Shown: in pieces, positions 1-7,913 of the stretch
Numbering within the stretch: position 1 is the stretch's first letter
How the letters are laid out: every line of letters starts with the position of its first letter
Assembly (NCBI RefSeq): GCF_001457595.1
Contig: NZ_LN831039.1
Location: forward strand, 4,530,001-4,562,000
DNA: 32,000 nt
Direction: 5' to 3'
Source: Mycolicibacterium smegmatis
GTDB taxonomy: Bacteria; Actinomycetota; Actinomycetes; Mycobacteriales; Mycobacteriaceae
Program-made: the position numbers and the translations under genes
Notes under the pieces: generated by a model
What the model was told of the DNA's origin: nothing
What the model saw: the letters and a program-made list of their open reading frames with translations, nothing else
Database searches by the model: none

Positions 1-103
1 TCATCGGGGTGGCGTCATATCCCGCGTCGATGAACAGTCGCCTCGCCGCCGCAACGATCTCCGCGCGTTTCTCGGCGGCGGCCTGCGGGCGCTTCGGCGC
101 CAT
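1..103 (-). CDS. TetR/AcrR-family transcriptional regulator, N-terminal fragment (runs off the left edge)
   Basis: The reverse complement from 103 reads MAPKRPQAAAEKRAEIVAAARRLFIDAGYDATPM, a typical TetR helix-turn-helix N-terminus. It is divergent from the next gene. Confidence 0.82.
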   Translation of the reverse strand, partial: MAPKRPQAAAEKRAEIVAAARRLFIDAGYDATPM

Positions 104-136
104 CACGTCCTCCTCGATGCCGTTCACGTCACGCCA

Positions 137-187
137 TGTTGAATACCGTTCAATAGGCTGCTACGTTTTGTTGAACAGCATTCAACA
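137..187. promoter_or_regulatory. Duplicated TetR-type operator: TGTTGAA-N5-TTCAATA (137-155) and TGTTGAA-N5-TTCAACA (169-187)
   Basis: Read directly: tGTTGAAtaccgTTCAATa and a perfect TGTTGAAcagcaTTCAACA, centres 32 bp apart, between the divergent TetR gene and the hydrolase gene. Confidence 0.75.
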
Positions 188-208
188 TACATCATGGAGG
201 CCGCGACG

Positions 209-1144
209 ATGGCTCAACCGCTCAGCTACACCCGAGACGACGTCACCTTCATGTCCGACGGCACATCGTGCGCAGCGTGGCTCTATCGGCCCGACGGCGT
301 CAACAATCCGCCCATCGTGGTACTTGCCCACGGGTTTGCCGCCTTCCGCGAACTGCGCCTGGACGCCTACGCCGCACGATTCGCCCAGGCCGGCTACGCC
401 GCCCTGGTGTTCGACTACCGGCACTGGGGTGCGAGCGACGGACAACCCCGCCGCATCCTTGACATCCCAAAACAGCAGACAGACTGGCGGGCCGCCATCG
501 CCTACGCCCGCAGCCTGGACAACGTCGACACCACCCGACTGGTGGGATGGGGTTCCTCCTTCGGCGGTGGCCACGTTCTCACACTGGCCGCCCGCGACCA
601 CGAATTCGCCGCCGCCATCGTTCAGGTCCCCCACGTCAGCGGACCCGCTTCAGCCTTCTCTCAATCCCCCAAACTGGTCGCACGCCTCATCGCCGCAGGA
701 CTGCGCGATCAGATCGGCGCATGGTTCGGGGGTGCACCGCACCGAGTGACATCCATCGGCAGGCCCGGCGAATTCGCCATGATGACCTCACCCGGCGCCT
801 ATGAACTCGTCGAGGAAATGGCCGGGGGCGAAGCGGCCGAACACATGCGCGCGCAACTCGAGGCCGAGAACGACGTCGCCGCCCGCATCGCTCTGCGCGT
901 GCCGCTGTATTCACCGGGACGGCACGCCGCCAAAATCACCGCACCGACCTTGGTTCAACTCGCCACGAAAGACGACGTCACGCCCTACGCGAAAGCCCGA
1001 AAAATCGTGGCCCGCATCCCGAACGGAGAGGTGCGGTCCTACGACATCACGCATTTCGAGCCGTACGTGGACCCGCATTTCGAGCAAATCGTGACCGATC
1101 AGATCGACTTCCTGAACCGTCACGTCGGAGCTGGCACCCGATGA
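209..1144 (+). CDS. Alpha/beta hydrolase
   Basis: Contains VVLAHGFAAFRE and the nucleophile elbow GWGSSFGG, plus a late TLVQLATKDDVTP...ITHFE segment. The ORF opens at 194, but GGAGG at 196-200 sits 8 nt before the ATG at 209, favouring that start. Confidence 0.85.
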   Translation: MAQPLSYTRDDVTFMSDGTSCAAWLYRPDGVNNPPIVVLAHGFAAFRELRLDAYAARFAQAGYAALVFDYRHWGASDGQPRRILDIPKQQTDWRAAIAYARSLDNVDTTRLVGWGSSFGGGHVLTLAARDHEFAAAIVQVPHVSGPASAFSQSPKLVARLIAAGLRDQIGAWFGGAPHRVTSIGRPGEFAMMTSPGAYELVEEMAGGEAAEHMRAQLEAENDVAARIALRVPLYSPGRHAAKITAPTLVQLATKDDVTPYAKARKIVARIPNGEVRSYDITHFEPYVDPHFEQIVTDQIDFLNRHVGAGTR

Positions 1145-2853
1145 GCGCACCGGCGTCATCGACTCCAACCCTGCCGGCGTCGGTGCACACGCTAGTCGTG
1201 GGTGCGGGGTTCGCCGGGCTGGCCGCGGCCGCAGCGGTGCTGCGCGAAGACCCCCGAGCCGACCTCCTGATCATCGAGCGGGCCGACGAGGTCGGCGGAA
1301 CCTGGCGCGACAACACCTACCCCGGTTGCGCGTGTGACGTCCCGACCTCGCTCTACTCGTTCTCGTTCGCCCCCAGCGCGAAGTGGAGTCACACCTTCGC
1401 ACGCCAACCCGAGATTCACCGCTACCTCACCTCGGTTGCCGACCAGACAGGACTGCGGCACCACCTGGTCACCGGATGCGAGCTACTCGGCGCAGCGTGG
1501 GACGACGACGAGCAGCGTTGGCGGGTTCGAACCTCCCTCGGCATGGTGACCGCCACGGTCCTGGTCGCCGCGACCGGGGCACTCTCCACCCCGAAGCTGC
1601 CCGACGTGCCCGGACTCGACCGCTTCGGCGGCACGGTTTTTCACTCCGCCACCTGGAATCACGACCACGACCTGACCGACGAGCGGGTCGCCGTCGTCGG
1701 CACCGGGGCCTCAGCGGTGCAGTTCGTGCCCGAGATCGCTGACCGCACCGCTCACCTGACGGTGTTTCAACGAACCCCGGCGTGGGTGCTACCCCGGCTA
1801 GACCGCACCCTCGGCCGCCTCGAGAAGGCGCTGTACCGCCGGATTCCGCTGTCGCAGAGACTGGTCCGCGGGATGGTCTACATCTACCGGGAGGGCTACC
1901 TCGCGCTGCTCGCGCACCTGACCTGGCTGCTACCGCTGCTCGAAATCATCGCCAAGACACAACTGCGCCGCCAAGTGCCCGACCCAGCCCTGCGCAGGGC
2001 GTTGACGCCTGACTTTCGCATCGGGTGCAAGCGGATCCTGCTGACCAATGACTGGTTGCCCACCCTGGCCCGCGACGATGTCGAAGTCGTGACCACCGCC
2101 TTGACCGAGGTCACCGAGACCGGCGTACGCGACGGCACAGGCAGGCTGCACGACGTCGACACGATCATCTTCGCCACCGGCTTCACCCCCACTGAGCCGC
2201 CGGTCGCTCACCAACTGACCGGCGTCACAGGCACCACGCTGGCCGCGCACTGGGCGGGCAGCCCGAGTGCGCACCTGGGCATCACCGTGCCGGGTTTTCC
2301 CAACTTGTTCTTGATGTACGGGCCGAACACCAACCTCGGGCACAGCTCCATCGTGTACATGCTCGAATCCCAGGCCGCCTACCTCGCCGCGGCCCTGCGC
2401 GTCATGCGCGCCGAAGGTCTCGCCTCCATCGATGTTCGCCCGGACGCCGAACGGACGTACAACGAATGGATCAACGACGCGCTGACCAACACCGTGTGGA
2501 ACTCCGGTGGATGCTCCAGCTGGTATTTGGACTCTCGGGGCCGCAACTCGGTCATGTGGCCCACGTTCACCTTCCGATTCCGCGCCCGCACCAGGAGCTT
2601 CGACGTCATCAACTACGACACCCTCAGAACGCGGCAACAGATCCGCGGCGTGGAACAGCGCTGTGAGAGTCAACTCGCAGACGCTGACCGTGAGATGCTG
2701 GCGGGCCAAATCCGCCTGGCCGGCGAAGACGAGTCGGTAACGCCATCTACGCTACGCACCGTGCGACGCGATCAGCGGTACATGACGCGCGGCCGCATCC
2801 ACGCCGAAGTCGCCGATTTGCTCGACCGGACGGTCGCTATGAACGGTGAATAA
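1141..2853 (+). CDS. FAD/NAD(P)-dependent monooxygenase, Baeyer-Villiger type
   Basis: N-terminal GAGFAG and VVGTGAS Rossmann motifs and the BVMO-like fingerprint FGGTVFHSATW. The start overlaps the hydrolase stop (ATGA). Confidence 0.88.
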   Translation: MSAPASSTPTLPASVHTLVVGAGFAGLAAAAAVLREDPRADLLIIERADEVGGTWRDNTYPGCACDVPTSLYSFSFAPSAKWSHTFARQPEIHRYLTSVADQTGLRHHLVTGCELLGAAWDDDEQRWRVRTSLGMVTATVLVAATGALSTPKLPDVPGLDRFGGTVFHSATWNHDHDLTDERVAVVGTGASAVQFVPEIADRTAHLTVFQRTPAWVLPRLDRTLGRLEKALYRRIPLSQRLVRGMVYIYREGYLALLAHLTWLLPLLEIIAKTQLRRQVPDPALRRALTPDFRIGCKRILLTNDWLPTLARDDVEVVTTALTEVTETGVRDGTGRLHDVDTIIFATGFTPTEPPVAHQLTGVTGTTLAAHWAGSPSAHLGITVPGFPNLFLMYGPNTNLGHSSIVYMLESQAAYLAAALRVMRAEGLASIDVRPDAERTYNEWINDALTNTVWNSGGCSSWYLDSRGRNSVMWPTFTFRFRARTRSFDVINYDTLRTRQQIRGVEQRCESQLADADREMLAGQIRLAGEDESVTPSTLRTVRRDQRYMTRGRIHAEVADLLDRTVAMNGE

Positions 2854-2893
2854 GCGGTGACTCACCGAAAATGATCTTGAAATACCTCTGAAG

Positions 2894-2967
2894 TAGGGCG
2901 GGCGGGGCTCGAACCCGCGACCAGCGGATTATGAGTCCGCGGCTCTAACCGACTGAGCTACCGCCCC
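2894..2967 (-). tRNA. tRNA with CAT anticodon (elongator tRNA-Met or tRNA-Ile2)
   Basis: The reverse complement GGGGCGGTAGCTCAGTCGGTTAGAGCCGCGGACTCATAATCCGCTGGTCGCGGGTTCGAGCCCCGCCCGCCCTA folds as a cloverleaf with anticodon loop CTCATAA. No encoded CCA. Met versus Ile2 was not resolved. Confidence 0.95.
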
Positions 2968-3069
2968 CGGTGCGTATCGCGGCACTATGTTCCCACATCA
3001 CCGGCCCGGCGACACCAGGGGTTGTCGGAACGGCCTCGGTTTGCCGTACCGGGCCGCTACGCTCACCGC

Positions 3070-3450
3070 GTGATCCGCTTTTTGCTGCGTATGGCGATCT
3101 TCCTGGGATCGTCGGCCATCGGCCTGTTGGTCGCGGCGTGGTCGGTGCCCGGGGTGTCGGTCCGCATCTGGGGCTTTCTCACCGCGGTGGTGATCTTCAC
3201 GGTCGCGCAGAGCCTCCTTTCGCCGGTCTTCTCGAAGATGGCCAGCAGGTACGCCTCGGCGTTGCTGGGCGGAATCGGGCTGATCTCGACGCTTGCCGCG
3301 CTGATCCTCGCGTCGGTGCTCACGTCGGGCCTGAGCATCCGCGGCATCGGCTCGTGGATCGTCGCGACCGTGGTGGTGTGGGTGGCGACGGCGGTCGCCA
3401 CGATCGTGCTGCCGAAGCTGTTGCTGAAGGAAAAGGCACCAGCGACCTGA
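3070..3450 (+). CDS. Small multi-pass membrane protein, phage-holin-IV-like / mycobacterial inner-membrane protein
   Basis: The translation contains several hydrophobic segments (FLGSSAIGLLVAAW, GFLTAVVIFTV, IGLISTLAALILA, WIVATVVVWVATAVATIV). GTG start at 3070 preferred over the upstream TTG at 3022. Confidence 0.65.
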   Translation: MIRFLLRMAIFLGSSAIGLLVAAWSVPGVSVRIWGFLTAVVIFTVAQSLLSPVFSKMASRYASALLGGIGLISTLAALILASVLTSGLSIRGIGSWIVATVVVWVATAVATIVLPKLLLKEKAPAT

Positions 3451-3467
3451 CAGCTCGCGGTGGAATC

Positions 3468-4505
3468 ATGGCGGGCGTGCCGTCCTCCGCCTTCGCCTCC
3501 GACTTCGCCTCCGACAATGCCGCTCCCGCCCACCCCAACGTCCTCGACGCGATCACCGCCGCCAACACCGGCGCGGCTCCTTCCTACGGTGCTGATCCCA
3601 TCACGCAGCGTGCCGTCGCCGCCCTACGCACCGCGTTCGACTCCCCCGACGCCGAGGTGCTGTTCGCCCTGACCGGCACCGGCGCCAACGTGATCGCCCT
3701 GGCGGCCTCCGTGCGCCCCTGGCAGTCGATCCTGTGCAGCGACATCGCACATTCACTGGTCGACGAGGCCGGCGGGCCGGTGCGCCTCTCGGGCGCGCAA
3801 CTCACCGTGCTCCCCAGCGACGACGGCCTGATCGACGCCGCGGTCCTGGACGACGCCGTCGTCCGGCGCGGTGACGTGCACGCGTCGCAACCGGCCGTCG
3901 TGACCATCACCCAGAGCACCGAGAACGGCCGCGTGTGGACCCCGCAGACCATCAAGGACTTCATCGACCACGCCCATGACCTCGGGTTGCTCGTGCACGT
4001 CGACGGGGCACGGGTCGCCAACGCGGTCGCGGCCCTCGACGTCGCCCCACGCGAGGCCGTCGGTGACGCCGACATCGTGACTGTCGGCGGCACCAAGAAC
4101 GGCCTGCTGATGGGCGATGCGCTCCTGGTCCGCCGCCCCGAGCTGTTCGAGGGAATCCACTTCGCGCAGAAGCAGATCGGCCATCTGAGCAGCAAGCAGC
4201 GCTTCATCGCGGCGCAGTTCGAGGCCATGTTGCGCGACGACCTGTGGCTGCGCAACGCCGCGCACGCCAACGCGATGGCCGCCCGGCTCAGCAGCGGCAT
4301 GACCGAGCGCGGTCTCACCCTGGCCTCCCCGACCGACGCCAACGAGGTGTTCGTCAACCTTCCGGCCGCCACGTTCGCGGCGGTCTCCGAGCGTTACGCC
4401 GTGCACCGCCTCGACCCGCGTCACCCCGCGGTGCGGTTCGTCTGCTCGTGGGCCACCACCGATCAGGAAGTCGACGATGTGCTGGCGCTCCTCGGACAGT
4501 TATGA
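3468..4505 (+). CDS. Low-specificity threonine aldolase / beta-eliminating lyase family (PLP)
   Basis: LLVHVDGARVANA and the PLP-lysine motif TVGGTKNGLLMGDALLV are characteristic of the threonine aldolase fold. ATG at 3468 lies in frame within the longer ORF. Confidence 0.88.
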   Translation: MAGVPSSAFASDFASDNAAPAHPNVLDAITAANTGAAPSYGADPITQRAVAALRTAFDSPDAEVLFALTGTGANVIALAASVRPWQSILCSDIAHSLVDEAGGPVRLSGAQLTVLPSDDGLIDAAVLDDAVVRRGDVHASQPAVVTITQSTENGRVWTPQTIKDFIDHAHDLGLLVHVDGARVANAVAALDVAPREAVGDADIVTVGGTKNGLLMGDALLVRRPELFEGIHFAQKQIGHLSSKQRFIAAQFEAMLRDDLWLRNAAHANAMAARLSSGMTERGLTLASPTDANEVFVNLPAATFAAVSERYAVHRLDPRHPAVRFVCSWATTDQEVDDVLALLGQL

Positions 4506-4513
4506 GGACGGCT

Positions 4514-4539
4514 CCCTGGCGTCGAGTGCGACGCCAGGG
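4514..4539 (+). terminator. Perfect 10-bp-stem hairpin, likely a U-tract-less intrinsic terminator
   Basis: CCCTGGCGTC-GAGTGC-GACGCCAGGG begins 8 nt after the threonine aldolase stop codon. It has no downstream T run. Confidence 0.6.
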
Positions 4540-4678
4540 CTGTGATTTCGGGGCCGACCCGCCAGAACACGACCATGGTGTCGATCTGGCGGCCAGGGAG
4601 CCATGAAACAGGTACCCGGACTCGCGGCGAAGTTGCTGTTCTCCGATATTTACCCACCTGACGTAGGACGCTGATGAC

Positions 4679-5932
4679 ATGTGGGTTTTGCGCATAGTGC
4701 GGGCGCTGGTGGCGGCGGCGCTGGTGGCGGCCGTGTCCGCCGGATGCTCGACGTCGCCGGACGCCGCCGAGGAGGCGTTCGCCACGACCGAACCACCCGC
4801 GCTGAAGACCATCGACCCGGCGCACCTGCAGAGCATCGTCGCCGACACCGCGAAGAGCCTCGACGTGCCCGGCGCCCTCGTGTTGCTGCAGACGCCGCAG
4901 GGCCGGTTCGCCGCCGGCGTCGGTACCACCGAACTGGGCACCCAGACCCCGCCACGGCCCGACACGCACTTCCGGATCGCGTCCAACACCAAGACCATGA
5001 CGGCCGCGGTGATCATGCTGCTGGCCCAGGACGGCAAGCTCTCACTCGATGACCCGGTCGCCAAGTACGTCCCCGGAGTCCCCAACGCCGACGCGATCAC
5101 CCTGATTGACCTCCTGCGCATGCGCAGCGGGCTGTACTGCTACACCAACGACTCAGAATTCGCGGCCACCCTCGACAGCGATCCTGCCAAAACGTGGACC
5201 CCGCAGGAGGTTCTGGACATCGCGTTCGACCACCCGTCGACCGTCGCCCCCGACACGGCCTACGAGTACTGCAACACCAACTACGCGCTGCTGGGCGTAG
5301 TCGCCGAGCAGGTCGGTGGCGCGCCGCTGGCAGAGCAGTTCCAGCAGCGACTGTTCGGGCCGCTCGGTATGCGCAACACGCTGCTGCCCTCCCCGGCAGA
5401 GGCTTCCGAGATTCCTGCGCCGTACTCGCACGGGTACATGTACGGCGAGACGCTCTACGCGATGGTCGACGAGACCTACCCCGCCGCGATCACCGACGCG
5501 GCACGCGCAGGCACGCTCAAACCGAACGACTACACGCACCAGAACTCCTCCTACGCCACGGCGGCCGGCGGTGCGATCTCCACGGCCGACGATCTGGCCA
5601 CCTGGATACGGGCTCTGGTGGGCGGCAAGGTGCTCGACTCCGAGCATCAGCAGCAGTTCCTCGACAGCCTGCTGCCCGAGGATCCGGACAACCCCGACGG
5701 CGGCCAGTCATACGGGTACGGCATCAGCTTCCAGCGGTTCGGACCCGAAGCGGCCATGTACTATCACGGCGGCGAGATGCCGGGATTCAACTCGTTCATG
5801 GGATACGACCCAGACAACGATGTGGCGCTGGTGATCTGGACGAACCTGACACTCTCGCCGGACAACAAGACGACCGCCAACGCGATGCTGCCGGTCGTGC
5901 TCAAAGAGATCTACTCGGACCTGAGCTTCTGA
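4679..5932 (+). CDS. Serine hydrolase of the beta-lactamase/D-Ala-D-Ala carboxypeptidase (class C-like) family, predicted lipoprotein
   Basis: Signal peptide with lipobox VSAGC, SxxK motif SNTK, YxN-type YCNTNYALLG, and HGG motif (YYHGGEMPGFNSF). Confidence 0.87.
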   Translation: MWVLRIVRALVAAALVAAVSAGCSTSPDAAEEAFATTEPPALKTIDPAHLQSIVADTAKSLDVPGALVLLQTPQGRFAAGVGTTELGTQTPPRPDTHFRIASNTKTMTAAVIMLLAQDGKLSLDDPVAKYVPGVPNADAITLIDLLRMRSGLYCYTNDSEFAATLDSDPAKTWTPQEVLDIAFDHPSTVAPDTAYEYCNTNYALLGVVAEQVGGAPLAEQFQQRLFGPLGMRNTLLPSPAEASEIPAPYSHGYMYGETLYAMVDETYPAAITDAARAGTLKPNDYTHQNSSYATAAGGAISTADDLATWIRALVGGKVLDSEHQQQFLDSLLPEDPDNPDGGQSYGYGISFQRFGPEAAMYYHGGEMPGFNSFMGYDPDNDVALVIWTNLTLSPDNKTTANAMLPVVLKEIYSDLSF

Positions 5933-5935
5933 ATC

Positions 5936-6745
5936 TCAGGTGTAGATCGGCTGCCCGTCGGCGCCCAGGCGGTACTGCTCGGTGCCCTCGCTGACCCGCG
6001 GGGCATCGACACCCAGCGCCACGGCCACCTTGTTGCTCGCGTTGCGCATCACGTCGAGGGTCAGTTCGACGGCCTCCTCGTGTGAGAAGTGCCGGAGCAG
6101 CTCATGACCGGGAGCTTGTGACGGTGTCCAGATCATGGCGTCGACGTACCGCAGCGCGGCCTTGTGCCGGTCGGACATCTCGGAGGTCTCATACCGGTCG
6201 ATCTGGTCGTAGAGCGTCTCGCACGCGCCGGCCTCCAGTGCGGTGGCCTCGCGCAGCGACTTGCACAGCCGGCAGTTGTGCACCCGGGCGCCGCGTAACC
6301 GCACGATCTCCGTCGTCACCGGATCGAGCGCCCGCATCCGGCCGACGGTGGGCCCGAACACGTCGAGCACGAAGTCGCCCGGGTCGGTGTCGTGGTCCCA
6401 GATGTCGCCGTCGACGGCGACGCCGACGCCGAGCGACGACAGGCCCGCGAGCACGCGCGGCACGAAATCGGCGATGAAGATGAGCGTCGCAACGCGAAAA
6501 GTCTCGACACCCAACAGATCCGAGAACGCCAGGCGCTGGGCGGGGTTGATCCCGGTGACATCGACACTGAACTGCTCGGCGAACTCGGAGACCATCGGAT
6601 CGACCGCGCCGCCACGCGATTCGGCGGGTAAGGGGCTCAGGCCGGTGACGGCCGCGCACACCTCACGGATATCGGCGTTGACGTCGGCCAGTTTCGGCGG
6701 CGACAGTGCCGATAGCGCCGCCAACAGGTGCAGCTCGTGTGACAC
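5936..6745 (-). CDS. Carboxymuconolactone decarboxylase/AhpD-fold protein
   Basis: Contains TTEIVRLRGARVHNCRLCKSLREATALEAG, an E-x11-C-x2-C motif typical of the fold. GTG start at 6745. Confidence 0.8.
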   Translation of the reverse strand: MSHELHLLAALSALSPPKLADVNADIREVCAAVTGLSPLPAESRGGAVDPMVSEFAEQFSVDVTGINPAQRLAFSDLLGVETFRVATLIFIADFVPRVLAGLSSLGVGVAVDGDIWDHDTDPGDFVLDVFGPTVGRMRALDPVTTEIVRLRGARVHNCRLCKSLREATALEAGACETLYDQIDRYETSEMSDRHKAALRYVDAMIWTPSQAPGHELLRHFSHEEAVELTLDVMRNASNKVAVALGVDAPRVSEGTEQYRLGADGQPIYT

Positions 6746-6785
6746 ACCGGCAGTATCTCTCCGCTGTGGCCTCACCGCCAGACTT

Positions 6786-7685
6786 CTACCCGGCCTGCAG
6801 ACCCGAGGCGTAGCTTTCCTTGACCACCTCAAGGTGCACCCAGCTCTCCACCACACCGACCCCGGCCAGACCGCGGACGGCGTCGAGGATCTCCAGCAGC
6901 TGCGCCGCCGAGAACGCCCGTACCGTGGCCAGCACATCGAAGCGGCCGAGCGTGCGGGCCACGAAGATCACCGAACGCATCCCGGTCAGTGTCTTGAGCA
7001 CCTCGCCGGCGTCTCCGGTCAACCGGATCCCCAGACCCATCGCGCTCTGCCGGTCCTGGCCGGAGTGACGCACCACCGCCCCGACCCGCACCACCTGCGC
7101 GTCGATCAGCCGGACCACCCGCCTGCGCGCACCCGCAGGCGAAAGGCCGACGGCCTCGGCAAGTTCCACATACGACGCCCGGCCGTCGCGCTGCAGCGCG
7201 CGCAGCAGCGCCAGATCGGTGTCGTCCACCTCGACGCTCACGTCTCCGACCGGTCCGACCACGTCGCGCATCACCTCGACGTAGGTGAGGGTGTCGACGC
7301 CGACCACCCCGCGCAGCGACCGCAGGGTTGCGACCACACCGTCGAGGTCACGCACCGACCCCACCCGCGCCTCGGCGATCAGACCGAACTGCCCGCTGGT
7401 CAGCGACAGGAACGCGACGTCGTCGCGGGTCGCGAGGATCTGCGCTATCGGCGCCGCGGGTCCGTCGACCATGACGCTGACGTGTGCGAGTGCGCCGCGC
7501 CCCAGCACCGCGGGGTGGACGACGCCGCGGACCACGACCTGCCCGGAGGCGATCAGCCGCTGCACCCGGGCCGCGGCGGCCGACCGGGACAACCCGACGC
7601 GATGGGCGATGTCGCGGTGGGTCAACCGGCCGTCGTCTTCGAGCAGGCTCACGATGGCCTCGTCGACCTCATCCATGCGATCCAT
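6786..7685 (-). CDS. Lrp/AsnC-family regulator with two tandem HTH-plus-ligand-domain units
   Basis: Two AsnC HTH repeats: DEVDEAIVSLLEDDGRLTHRDIAHRVGLSRSAAAARVQRLI and DDTDLALLRALQRDGRASYVELAEAVGLSPAGARRRVVRLI. The start could also be 7733. Confidence 0.87.
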   Translation of the reverse strand: MDRMDEVDEAIVSLLEDDGRLTHRDIAHRVGLSRSAAAARVQRLIASGQVVVRGVVHPAVLGRGALAHVSVMVDGPAAPIAQILATRDDVAFLSLTSGQFGLIAEARVGSVRDLDGVVATLRSLRGVVGVDTLTYVEVMRDVVGPVGDVSVEVDDTDLALLRALQRDGRASYVELAEAVGLSPAGARRRVVRLIDAQVVRVGAVVRHSGQDRQSAMGLGIRLTGDAGEVLKTLTGMRSVIFVARTLGRFDVLATVRAFSAAQLLEILDAVRGLAGVGVVESWVHLEVVKESYASGLQAG

Positions 7686-7913
7686 GGCTTCCACACCTCG
7701 TCCACCGAAAATCGGGCAAAGATTTTTCGCCACTGTACTACCGGCAGATCTGTCACCACAGCGCGCTCAGAGTCTTATATTCGACGTAAACGACGCGTGA
7801 TGCTGACGTATCGATACCGGAAACACGGGCGTAACGAACGAAACGATTGCGCATGGTGACCTGCGGATTTACTGTTACCCACACCACATTGACGGCATCC
7901 CCAGAGGATCGAC

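Noticed and set aside
6243-7859. A 538-aa plus-strand ORF opposite the CMD-like and Lrp-like genes
   Set aside because: It is antisense to two well-supported genes, has low-complexity Arg/Pro/His/Thr composition and no recognisable domain.
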